A stretch of DNA of 60,464 nt. It comes from a virus (Duplodnaviria; Caudoviricetes). The stretch spans positions 1 through 60,464 of the IMG/VR virus record IMGVR_UViG_3300037014_000313. The stretch is one strand, 5' to 3'. This document shows positions 1-7,581 of the stretch, piece by piece. Under the pieces are notes generated by a model. The model did not search any database. It saw only the letters and a program-made list of their open reading frames with translations, and was not told the DNA's origin. The first letter of the stretch is position 1; every line of letters begins with the position of its first letter. The translations under genes and the position numbers were made by a program.

Positions 1-251
1 CCCGGCGCTGGCCGCTTACAACGCGGCTGGTGAGGCGCACACGGCGGCGTGGGACAAGATGGAGGCCCTGTACAAGGCGTGGACCATCGCCAAGGCCGAG
101 GCGCAGACTAGTTCTAACGTGAAACATGTTTGCGGCGATCCAAGTTCGTCCTGCGATACGAGTTGCGAGGAAAACGCGGCCCGTGGCAGGGAAATCATGA
201 ACCGCCCGACAGCCGCCGACGCGCTCAAGGCGGTGGCTTGTCTGTGCCAAG
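1..251 (+). repeat. Terminal direct repeat, copy 1 (circular overlap)
   Basis: 1-251 matches 60214-60464 except G128 vs A60341. Confidence 0.95.
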
Positions 252-367
252 AAATAAGAGCAAGGCGCGATGCGTGGAATATCCAGATCGGGTGCGTGGA
301 TTTGCTCGCAGGCCACCGCAACACCGACGCGGCCAGGGCGATCATTGGAGGCACCGATGGAGCCTGA
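1..367 (+). CDS. Hypothetical protein spanning the circular junction (3' part)
   Basis: Same reading frame as the 59969 ORF through the repeat. Confidence 0.65.
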   Translation, partial: PALAAYNAAGEAHTAAWDKMEALYKAWTIAKAEAQTSSNVKHVCGDPSSSCDTSCEENAARGREIMNRPTAADALKAVACLCQEIRARRDAWNIQIGCVDLLAGHRNTDAARAIIGGTDGA

Positions 368-647
368 AGAGACTATCCTATGGTTCAAGGCTGTTCTCAC
401 GGCAGGAAGGGAACTTCTGGAGGAGAGGCCCCTTGATTCAGACAACTACGACGTACACGCCACGTTTGAGTTGAATATGTTCTTTATCAATTGGGCAAGG
501 GAATTGAAGCCGTTACCGATTGATGACGAAAGCCATCTGCTCATTCGCACCTTCGAGGTAAGTCTGGAGTGGTTGCTTTTGGACGACGGATACAACACGA
601 AGACGATCACGGGGGAGTCCGAGATAAACTCAAAGGAGACGCCGTGA
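357..647 (+). CDS. Hypothetical protein
   Basis: GGAGG RBS, then ATG at 357 (MEPEETILWF). Confidence 0.7.
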   Translation: MEPEETILWFKAVLTAGRELLEERPLDSDNYDVHATFELNMFFINWARELKPLPIDDESHLLIRTFEVSLEWLLLDDGYNTKTITGESEINSKETP

Positions 648-684
648 AGAAGTCACCGAGGCGTAGTTTTGACGGAGGAGCGCG

Positions 685-873
685 ATGAGCACAGACGGTA
701 AAGGTTGCGACGTGGACGATCTGTTGCGTCAATACTACAACCTGAAGGATGAGATGGAACTACTGGAGGCGAAGCTCCAGATCGTTACGGAAGAGAGGGA
801 CTACTTCAGGATCGCGCTGAAAAAAGCCATGAAGTCATCGAAGAAAAAGTCTGACGCAGGAGGAAGCAAGTGA
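685..873 (+). CDS. Small coiled-coil hypothetical protein
   Basis: GGAGGAG RBS; heptad-like LKDEMELLEAKLQIV. Confidence 0.7.
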   Translation: MSTDGKGCDVDDLLRQYYNLKDEMELLEAKLQIVTEERDYFRIALKKAMKSSKKKSDAGGSK

Positions 874-1028
874 AAAGCACGAAGCGTAGAAAAGCGCAAG
901 AGTGTTGCATCTGCATTAGCAAGCGAGGGTTGCTTGGGCTATGTAAAAGTGGCGTGGGATACCCCCACCACAAGAGATGCTGCATGGCACCGTCAGAGTG
1001 GCGCGTGCTGAGTCGAGGTGCCAAGTGA
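870..1028 (+). CDS. Small Cys-rich hypothetical protein (not in the ORF track)
   Basis: GTGA overlaps at both ends; VKSTKRRKAQECCICISKRG...HHKRCC. Confidence 0.5.
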   Translation: MKSTKRRKAQECCICISKRGLLGLCKSGVGYPHHKRCCMAPSEWRVLSRGAK

Positions 1029-1210
1029 GCCGGAAGAAACGGTCGTGCGCGAATTGCGGACACCAACGTGCCGCGCACCAGTACGGCCAGTGCGTGTACA
1101 ATCACGGGAGATGCTTCTGCCCGTTCTACAAAGAGCGTCCATCGAGGGCGAAGCTAACCCCGAGGGAGTTTCTATTGCGGTATGCAGACCAAATACGGAG
1201 GGAAACGTGA
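1025..1210 (+). CDS. Small zinc-finger-like protein (CANCGH..H..C..C.C)
   Basis: GTGA-coupled start; paralog of the next ORF. Confidence 0.6.
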   Translation: MSRKKRSCANCGHQRAAHQYGQCVYNHGRCFCPFYKERPSRAKLTPREFLLRYADQIRRET

Positions 1211-1383
1211 AACGGTCGTGCGCGAATTGTGGGCGTAGTCCGGCTAATCATGGACGGGACTATGGCGCGAATTGTCAGACCTACCGCGAGCGTCCGTCGA
1301 GGGCTGGATGCAGGGAGTGGGGCTGCCCTCTGTGCAAAGCCGTGGTCAATGGCGTGCTGGGTCCGAAACGTAAGAAGATTTGA
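1207..1383 (+). CDS. Small zinc-finger-like protein (CANCG...H...C)
   Basis: GTGA-coupled start; shares KRSCANCG and Y.ERPSRA with the previous ORF. Confidence 0.6.
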   Translation: MKRSCANCGRSPANHGRDYGANCQTYRERPSRAGCREWGCPLCKAVVNGVLGPKRKKI

Positions 1384-1392
1384 TCTGCGAAA

Positions 1393-2985
1393 ATGAACTA
1401 CTACAACGACAACGATAAATCCTGTTGCGCTTGGTTGCGCGAACTCATCAAGGACGGGTTGATCCCAGAGGGAGATGTAGATGGCAGAAGCATCACGGAA
1501 GTACGAGCAGAAGACCTTCGATCCTACGATCAATGTCACTTCTTCGCCGGGATCGGCGGCTGGAGTCTCGCCCTCAAACTCGCGGGATGGGAAGACAAAG
1601 CTTGGACCGGCTCCTGCCCCTGCCAGCCCTTCAGCACCGCAGGCAAGGGCAAAGGCGAAGCCGATGAGCGTCACCTATGGCCCGCTTTTTTCAAGCTCAT
1701 CAAAGAGTGCCACCCTGGAACTGTCTTTGGTGAACAAGTTGCAGCAGCTATTGCGTATGGGTGGCTCGATGGAGTATTCGCAGACCTGGAAGGAGAAGAT
1801 TACTCCTGCGGGGCGGCAGTATTGGGCGCACACAGCGTCGGGGCACCGCACATCAGGCAGAGACTTTACTGGGTGGCACACTCCGAGAGTGGACGGCGGC
1901 AGGGAGAAATCGGAGACATTCCTGAAAAGGAACCCCAATCGTGGAGCGTACTGCACCAGCGGATTGGGTGCAGAAGCGAAGTTGGCAGGGTGGCCGACGC
2001 CGAACGCAAACAAGAACACGAAGAACAGCAAAGACCCAAAGTGCATGAAGGAGGGGGGAGTACAGACATCGCTGGCGGATGCGACGCATCTGGCCGGCTG
2101 GCCGACCGCTTCAAGTCGGGACTGGAAGGACACGCCGGGGATGGACACGAAGGGGACGAACCCAGACGGGACAGAGAGGATACGGCTGGACCAGCTTCCG
2201 CGAGTCGCGCACCAGGTTGGAACGGCCCCTGCGTCTGGTGGCCCTGCCGGGACGGGGTCAGGCGACGTATACCGGCTGAATCCGTTTTTCAGTTTACATT
2301 TGATGGGATTTCCGGTATCATGGGGGCTGGCTGGATTGAGGTCGTTTCTAAAATCAAAGAGGTGATTTATGGGAAGAAAGCCAACCCCGACACCGATAAA
2401 GCGCTGCGGGAGGTGTGGTGTTCTGTTGCAAAGACATCGCTACAATGGAACGCTGGAAGACAATTCGAGATTCAAGAGCCGGAAATATTGCTCCTTGCGC
2501 TGTGCCAACTCTCGCGGGATACGGAGCCAGAGCGCGTCGGCCCAAAGAAGGATTTCTCATTCCTGCGTGAAGCCACAATGCGAATCCTGTGGTTCAACGC
2601 ATCGCCTTCACGTTCATCATATCAACGGGAATTGGAGAGACCAGGGACCGGAGAACCTAAAAACCCTCTGCATTCGTTGTCATCTTGGATTGCACAACAG
2701 GATGGAAAGGAAGTGCGCTCATTGCTCCAACAAGTCCAGGAAGCACGGGATGTGTCAGAGGCATTTCCAGAGGTGGAAAAGACATGGCGATCCGTTTTTG
2801 GTGAGGAGGCGAAAGTCAGGGACGCCGCACGGTACAAGGCTGGTAAGGGTGCAATCGTAGCCACGAACTGTTTCCCGCTGGCCGTCAATGTTCCCGGCAG
2901 AGTGGGCCTCCTCCGGGGCGCGGGCAATGCAATCGTCCCGCCGCTCGCGGCGGAATTCGTGAAAGCGTTTATGGAGTCATCGTAA
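1393..2985 (+). CDS. C5-cytosine DNA methyltransferase, alpha chain (motifs I-VIII and X)
   Basis: FFAGIGG (I), SCPCQPFSTAG (IV), EQV (VI), PHIRQRLYWVA (VIII), LRGAGNAIVPPLA (X); no motif IX in this frame. Confidence 0.88.
   Translation: MNYYNDNDKSCCAWLRELIKDGLIPEGDVDGRSITEVRAEDLRSYDQCHFFAGIGGWSLALKLAGWEDKAWTGSCPCQPFSTAGKGKGEADERHLWPAFFKLIKECHPGTVFGEQVAAAIAYGWLDGVFADLEGEDYSCGAAVLGAHSVGAPHIRQRLYWVAHSESGRRQGEIGDIPEKEPQSWSVLHQRIGCRSEVGRVADAERKQEHEEQQRPKVHEGGGSTDIAGGCDASGRLADRFKSGLEGHAGDGHEGDEPRRDREDTAGPASASRAPGWNGPCVWWPCRDGVRRRIPAESVFQFTFDGISGIMGAGWIEVVSKIKEVIYGKKANPDTDKALREVWCSVAKTSLQWNAGRQFEIQEPEILLLALCQLSRDTEPERVGPKKDFSFLREATMRILWFNASPSRSSYQRELERPGTGEPKNPLHSLSSWIAQQDGKEVRSLLQQVQEARDVSEAFPEVEKTWRSVFGEEAKVRDAARYKAGKGAIVATNCFPLAVNVPGRVGLLRGAGNAIVPPLAAEFVKAFMESS
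1664..2365 (+). CDS. Putative C5-MTase beta chain (target-recognition region and motif IX) in the +1 frame; start uncertain (1481, 1664 or 1769)
   Basis: Three GW[PH]T repeats and LNPFFSLHLMGFPVSW, a motif IX-like sequence; layout resembles M.EcoHK31I alpha/beta. Confidence 0.7.
   Translation: MSVTYGPLFSSSSKSATLELSLVNKLQQLLRMGGSMEYSQTWKEKITPAGRQYWAHTASGHRTSGRDFTGWHTPRVDGGREKSETFLKRNPNRGAYCTSGLGAEAKLAGWPTPNANKNTKNSKDPKCMKEGGVQTSLADATHLAGWPTASSRDWKDTPGMDTKGTNPDGTERIRLDQLPRVAHQVGTAPASGGPAGTGSGDVYRLNPFFSLHLMGFPVSWGLAGLRSFLKSKR
2369..2860 (+). CDS. HNH endonuclease nested in the +1 frame of the MTase gene
   Basis: GAGGTG RBS before the ATG; CESC...LHVHHINGNWRDQGPENLKTLCIRCH; extra CxxC fingers. 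Confidence 0.8.
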   Translation: MGRKPTPTPIKRCGRCGVLLQRHRYNGTLEDNSRFKSRKYCSLRCANSRGIRSQSASAQRRISHSCVKPQCESCGSTHRLHVHHINGNWRDQGPENLKTLCIRCHLGLHNRMERKCAHCSNKSRKHGMCQRHFQRWKRHGDPFLVRRRKSGTPHGTRLVRVQS

Positions 2986-3002
2986 GATAAAACGAGGACA
3001 CC

Positions 3003-3581
3003 GTGAGAGTCCTGGTGGCGTGCGAGTTCAGCGGGATCGTTCGGGAGGCGTTTCGCATAATTGGGCATGAAGCATACTCATGCGACTTGCTGGCTACGGA
3101 GATTCCGGGGCATCACTACCAAGAGGATGTTTTTAGGGTTATTGACAAAGGTTGGGACTTGATGATTGCCCACCCGCCCTGTACGCACTTGGCCGTAAGC
3201 GGGGCGAGGTACTTCAGCCAGAAGCTGGAGAAACAGCTTGAAGCGTTGGAGTTTGTGCGAATGCTTCTTGATGCGCCGATCCCGCGTATCTGCCTTGAGA
3301 ATCCCGTGTCCATCATCAGCACCAGGATTCGCAAGCCGGATCAAATCATCCAGCCGTGGATGTTCGGTCATCCAGAGTCAAAGGCAACGTGCTTGTGGCT
3401 CAAGAATCTACCGAAGCTGAAGCCGACGAACGTCATTGAGAAGCCTTCATGCGGGCATTGGGATAACCAGACGCCGAGCGGCCAGAACAAGCTTGGGCCG
3501 TCACCGGACAGGGCGAAGAACAGGTCCAAGACGTACCGGGGGATTGCGGACGCAATGGCTAAGCAGTATGGCTGTCTCTGA
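3003..3581 (+). CDS. Compact phage cytosine DNA methyltransferase-like protein
   Basis: VLVACEFSG, DLMIAHPPCT (catalytic PC), LENP, K.TCLWL, RSKTY.GIA.AMA.Q. Confidence 0.75.
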   Translation: MRVLVACEFSGIVREAFRIIGHEAYSCDLLATEIPGHHYQEDVFRVIDKGWDLMIAHPPCTHLAVSGARYFSQKLEKQLEALEFVRMLLDAPIPRICLENPVSIISTRIRKPDQIIQPWMFGHPESKATCLWLKNLPKLKPTNVIEKPSCGHWDNQTPSGQNKLGPSPDRAKNRSKTYRGIADAMAKQYGCL

Positions 3582-3608
3582 AAAATAAGTCGAAGAAAGG
3601 GGTCCGAA

Positions 3609-3908
3609 ATGGGATTCATTGACGACGACAGCATGGTTCGGGTGGATTTCTTCAAGTGTGGAGGCGATGGAAGACCGCACAAGTGGTACTGCACGGAGGG
3701 GGTTAAATGGACGGGCGAGTACGAAAAAGAGAAGCAGCTTATTTACGATGCCTTTAAGAAATCACTTCGGGATCACCTGAAGGGGCGGCTCACCGGGATG
3801 GTTGCAGTCTGCCTTGAGCCGTGCCATGAATACATGTTCCCGTTGATAGCTTATGTGGATGACTTGGAAAATAACTCGAAGACAACGCCTCCCGCATCGG
3901 CGCGGTGA
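3609..3908 (+). CDS. Hypothetical protein
   Basis: ORF with a purine-rich RBS in the + arm. Confidence 0.65.
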   Translation: MGFIDDDSMVRVDFFKCGGDGRPHKWYCTEGVKWTGEYEKEKQLIYDAFKKSLRDHLKGRLTGMVAVCLEPCHEYMFPLIAYVDDLENNSKTTPPASAR

Positions 3909-3987
3909 CTCGGAGGCTGTCACGGAACACGCGACCGATGCGGAGGCGATAAACTGAATTGGGGTTCTGACTCGTAAGTGAGGATTT

Positions 3988-4107
3988 ATGCTTGACGCAT
4001 GGTGGAAAGCGCATGAATTGGAAACGTACTTTGGGTTGGTATGTTTCGGCGTATGCCTTGTGCTGATGGTCGTGTGGATCGCCGTGGGGTGGAATCGCAA
4101 GACTTGA
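3988..4107 (+). CDS. 39-aa single-pass membrane micro-protein (not in the ORF track)
   Basis: GAGG RBS; MLDAWWKAHELETYFGLVCFGVCLVLMVVWIAVGWNRKT. Confidence 0.5.
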   Translation: MLDAWWKAHELETYFGLVCFGVCLVLMVVWIAVGWNRKT

Positions 4108-4286
4108 GATATGCTGACTTTCTCTAGCCTCGCTCTTGAGGTGGGGAACGAAAGCCTCCCAGCCGGGGCGACCAGAAACGGTAGAAAGCGGGGCGAACAA
4201 CCTGTATTGTTACCGAACCAGATAGCCCCGCGCCCCGACTCGGGGGCTTGGGCTGTGTGCCAAAACAATTTCTTAAAGGAGGAACC

Positions 4287-4457
4287 ATGAACGCGAGGAA
4301 GACCAGGATCATCCGGCGCATGACAAAGGCGAAGTACGGGAACGGCTTCTATAGGCACGCGAAGCGTGCTTACTCCAGGCAGCCACACAACAAGAAGGAT
4401 GCGGCTGCGGCGTTCCGGACCGCGGCCAGTGAGCTCTTTACGCGCAGGAGGAAATAA
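4287..4457 (+). CDS. Small basic hypothetical protein
   Basis: AAGGAGG RBS; MNARKTRIIRR. Confidence 0.65.
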   Translation: MNARKTRIIRRMTKAKYGNGFYRHAKRAYSRQPHNKKDAAAAFRTAASELFTRRRK

Positions 4458-4720
4458 TGCCGCTAACGAAACCGGAGGATCATCGGATGAAGATCAAGAA
4501 GAAAGGGTTCATCACAGCCGTTCACTTCTACCGCAGCCTCGAGCAAAGTGCGGCCACCAGGACCTTGACATTTACGCCGGAGAAGCCTATCCCATTCCAT
4601 CGTGGATCATTGGTATCGGTGAACCTCAACACCGGCCACGTCAAGATCAACGGCAGGACGGTGGTCAAAGCCAGGATCAAGAACGCCGGCAACGCCAGCA
4701 TCGACGTCGCATGGGAATGA
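4457..4720 (+). CDS. Hypothetical protein
   Basis: TAATG coupling; AGGAGG RBS. Confidence 0.6.
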   Translation: MPLTKPEDHRMKIKKKGFITAVHFYRSLEQSAATRTLTFTPEKPIPFHRGSLVSVNLNTGHVKINGRTVVKARIKNAGNASIDVAWE

Positions 4721-4723
4721 ACC

Positions 4724-4984
4724 ATGACGAAGAACACAGGACGCTGCCAGCACCACGATCCCGATCACCCGTTCTTTGATGTCGCCAATGAGAAGGACAG
4801 GCGCCAGGATCAACGGCTGTCGGAGGGGATGTGCCCAAACCGGTGCGGACCCATGAAGAAGACGTCAGTCACCTCGGCGGTGTGCGGGTGCTGCCGGCTG
4901 AAGTGGGTGAGCATGAGGGTTGCTGTGGTGTGGGGGGAGAAGAACAAAATGAATGAGGACGCGGGACCTACGTTTTCTTTGTGA
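4724..4984 (+). CDS. Cys-rich hypothetical protein
   Basis: CPNRC...CGCC; fits operon packing. Confidence 0.5.
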   Translation: MTKNTGRCQHHDPDHPFFDVANEKDRRQDQRLSEGMCPNRCGPMKKTSVTSAVCGCCRLKWVSMRVAVVWGEKNKMNEDAGPTFSL

Positions 4985-5438
4985 TCGATTTTTTGGAAGG
5001 GAGAATGCCGTGGATGCCAACAAGTTTCCGGTGCTGTCCAACGAGGAGCTGAAGTCGGGTTTGGAGCGGTTGCCGTGCTGGAAGGACGCGGTGCTGATGG
5101 CGATCCTGGTGCCGTACTACAATCTCGTCGAGTTCAATGCGCTGTCGCCGAAGGATGAGAACGGGGGCAAGACCATCGCGGGCGTGCTCCAGCTCATGGG
5201 CCTGATCGAGCAGGATCTGTCGCGGCGGTTCAAGATGAGCGTCCGCGGGAAGCAGTTCATGCGGTGGGCGATCGACTCCAGGATCATCACCCCCTACGAC
5301 GGCGCCGACTTCATCGTGAAGTACGGTGGCGAGTTCGGGCGCCGGATCATGTACGACTGCGTGTTCGTGCCGTCGTCGACGCCGGCCATCCCCGATGACG
5401 TCAAAGCCGAAGTGGCGGCAGAAGTCTCCAAGGCGTAG
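4953..5438 (+). CDS. Hypothetical protein
   Basis: Typical GC3-rich codon usage; start uncertain. Confidence 0.65.
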   Translation: MRTRDLRFLCDRFFGRENAVDANKFPVLSNEELKSGLERLPCWKDAVLMAILVPYYNLVEFNALSPKDENGGKTIAGVLQLMGLIEQDLSRRFKMSVRGKQFMRWAIDSRIITPYDGADFIVKYGGEFGRRIMYDCVFVPSSTPAIPDDVKAEVAAEVSKA

Positions 5439-5439
5439 G

Positions 5440-5632
5440 TTGCGCAGGATTGTAACGACTTTGCGCAGAACGATAACAGAATTCGTTGAGAGAAAGACAG
5501 TCGACTTCCGAAACAGGATGGAGTCGAATTTTTCGACTCCGACCGAGCCCATCCTGAATCGGAAAGTGCGGAGCGTTTTCTCAAGTAATTCTGTTACGAT
5601 CCTGCGCAAAGTCGATGCAAAGTCGATGCGCG
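5440..5632. repeat. Long imperfect palindromic element, copy A
   Basis: GACTTTGCGCAG/CTGCGCAAAGTC, TAACAGAATT/AATTCTGTTA, TTCCGA/TCGGAA, CAGGATGG/CCATCCTG, GGAGTCGAA/TTCGACTCC; homologous to 44338-44556. Confidence 0.85.
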
Positions 5633-5670
5633 GCTCGGTTCGGAGCCGTATGCTTGGAAAGGAGGGGTAT

Positions 5671-6102
5671 GTGAGCGAGCACGTCTTTTTCATCGCCGGA
5701 AGGATCACGAGCGACAACAAGGGGCGCAGGATGCGCTGGCAAGCCCGCTACTCGAAGGAAAAGAAGGCACGAGAGGTTTGGGCCATACAATTCCAAGCGA
5801 TCGTTCCTAGGGCCATCCTGGTCGATTCTCCGCACCGTCCAAGGGCGATTACCCTCAAGGTCTTCAGGAATCGATCCCTCGACTGGGACAACCTCGTGGC
5901 CGGCCTTAAGCCGTTCATCGACGTCCTCAAGTGCAAGTTCTTCAAGGGGAGGACCTCTGACCCCAACATGCTGACCTGGAGGGGGGTCATCTACGACGAC
6001 AGCCCCAAGTACGTGACCTGGAATGTCCCACAGCGTACAATCCACCCATCCGAGGGTCCGTGGAAGGAGGAAGGCGTGGAAGTGAAAGTGGAGGGTATAT
6101 GA
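5671..6102 (+). CDS. rusA: RusA-like Holliday junction resolvase
   Basis: AAGGAGG RBS and GTG start; DWDNLVAGLKPFID...VIYDDSPKYV catalytic pattern. Confidence 0.7.
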   Translation: MSEHVFFIAGRITSDNKGRRMRWQARYSKEKKAREVWAIQFQAIVPRAILVDSPHRPRAITLKVFRNRSLDWDNLVAGLKPFIDVLKCKFFKGRTSDPNMLTWRGVIYDDSPKYVTWNVPQRTIHPSEGPWKEEGVEVKVEGI

Positions 6103-6914
6103 GAGTCAGACCCAAGTTTAACGCCCTGGGGGATGAACTCGCCATGACCGCTGTCATCCGCGAGCTCAAACGCCAGCGGCCACAGGAAATGATCAGGCCG
6201 GAGCTCCACCGCCGCGAGCTCGTGGAGAACAACCCCCACGTCAACATCGGCATCACCGATGAGGGTAGGTTCGAGCTCGAGGTGCACATGAACGAGGACA
6301 TCGGGAACATCGCCCAATCGTTTGCCAAGCAGCTGGGGATGGACCCCCTGGTGGATGACACGCCGGAGGTGTTCCTGACGCCGGAGGAGATCGCGCGCGC
6401 CGAGGAGAAGCTTCAGGGCATCCCCATGCCGGTCGTCGCCATCGACACCCGGGCGATGTGGGAGTCCAGGAAGTGGGCGCAGGGCAACTTCCAAAGGGTG
6501 ATAGATGAGCTCGAGACCATCTCCTTCGTCGAGATGGGATCCGAAGGTGGCAGCCCCAGCCTGCTCAACAACACCAGGGCCTGCTTCGTCAACAAGTGCT
6601 CGATCAGGGAATCGGCGGCGATCATGTCCGAATGCGACCTCTTCCTGGGGAATGACTCGGGGGGCTTCCACCTTGCCGCCGCGGTTGGCACCCCACAGGT
6701 GGTCCTCTTCGGACCCAAGAAGTGGTATGCCAGGGGGTACTGGAACACGACCCCGGTCTACTCCTTCGAGAAGTGCGCGCCCAACTGCGAGTCCCTGTGC
6801 GGCCGCCGGCGTGAGGGGCCGGAGGGGAAGACCGACAACTGGTGCCTGGGCAAGATCAAGACCATGGCCGTTGAGGATGCGATCTTCCTCGCGCTCAAGC
6901 GCTTCCCGAAGTGA
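6099..6914 (+). CDS. Glycosyltransferase family 9 (heptosyltransferase-like)
   Basis: ALGD near the N-terminus; FLGNDSGGFHLAAAVGTPQVVLFGP. Confidence 0.88.
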   Translation: MRVRPKFNALGDELAMTAVIRELKRQRPQEMIRPELHRRELVENNPHVNIGITDEGRFELEVHMNEDIGNIAQSFAKQLGMDPLVDDTPEVFLTPEEIARAEEKLQGIPMPVVAIDTRAMWESRKWAQGNFQRVIDELETISFVEMGSEGGSPSLLNNTRACFVNKCSIRESAAIMSECDLFLGNDSGGFHLAAAVGTPQVVLFGPKKWYARGYWNTTPVYSFEKCAPNCESLCGRRREGPEGKTDNWCLGKIKTMAVEDAIFLALKRFPK

Positions 6915-7581
6915 GCCCCCCGGCTGACTTCAGCCAGAGGTCTTCTGTCCAGACCCAGGATGCCACGGACTGTTTGTAGCTCTCGGGCTCTGTGGCGATC
7001 CCCTGCATCAACACGACCTCCGGGCACCAGACGATTGATTTCCCGCCTTCTTCAGGGTAATGGACCGACGTGGAGGCGATGAAGTCGAAGTCACCGCAGT
7101 ACCGTCTTCCCCACTGTCCCAGGCGCCCGGGCACGTTCGGTGCGACGAAGTTCTGGTTGGCGACATTCCCCTCCCGAAGCTTCGGATCCCCATCACGCCA
7201 AATCGGAATCCCGCCGATGTAGATCACCCTGAACATGAATGGCCGGCCGGGATGCTGCATGATCTTGCTGCGGATCGTCGCCAGTGCCCACGGCGCCACC
7301 CTGTCGTCATCGTCGACACCCCAGATGTGGGTGCCCTTGGCCTTCGAGATCGCATACTCGCGCTGTGGGTACCCCCAACGCCGGATCGGTTCCATCTCGA
7401 AGTACCTGACGTTGTCACGCCCAAATGCCGCCACCGTCTCCCTGATGGCCGGCGACGGCGCATCCCCCACGAGAATCCATTCGTCGCGATCGCCAAGCTG
7501 GGGCAGCAGATCCTTCGCGAGCTGCAGCAGGGACGACCGGCCGAGGGTTGGCGTGAAGATCGAAATCGCGGGTTCAGGCAT
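6895..7581 (-). CDS. Glycosyltransferase family 2
   Basis: ISIFTPTLGR, LVGD, GVDDDD (DxD), GDFDF. Confidence 0.82.
   Translation of the reverse strand: MPEPAISIFTPTLGRSSLLQLAKDLLPQLGDRDEWILVGDAPSPAIRETVAAFGRDNVRYFEMEPIRRWGYPQREYAISKAKGTHIWGVDDDDRVAPWALATIRSKIMQHPGRPFMFRVIYIGGIPIWRDGDPKLREGNVANQNFVAPNVPGRLGQWGRRYCGDFDFIASTSVHYPEEGGKSIVWCPEVVLMQGIATEPESYKQSVASWVWTEDLWLKSAGGLTSGSA

Noticed and set aside
2340-2870. Intein or group I intron carrying the HNH
   Set aside because: No Cys/Ser...His-Asn intein ends in the MTase frame, the HNH is out of frame, and no intron core was recognised.
5326-5670. N-terminal extension of RusA, and similar ORFs across both palindromes (4968-5720, 44205-44502)
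   Set aside because: The similar peptides on both strands follow from the palindromic DNA, and a strong RBS supports the GTG at 5671.
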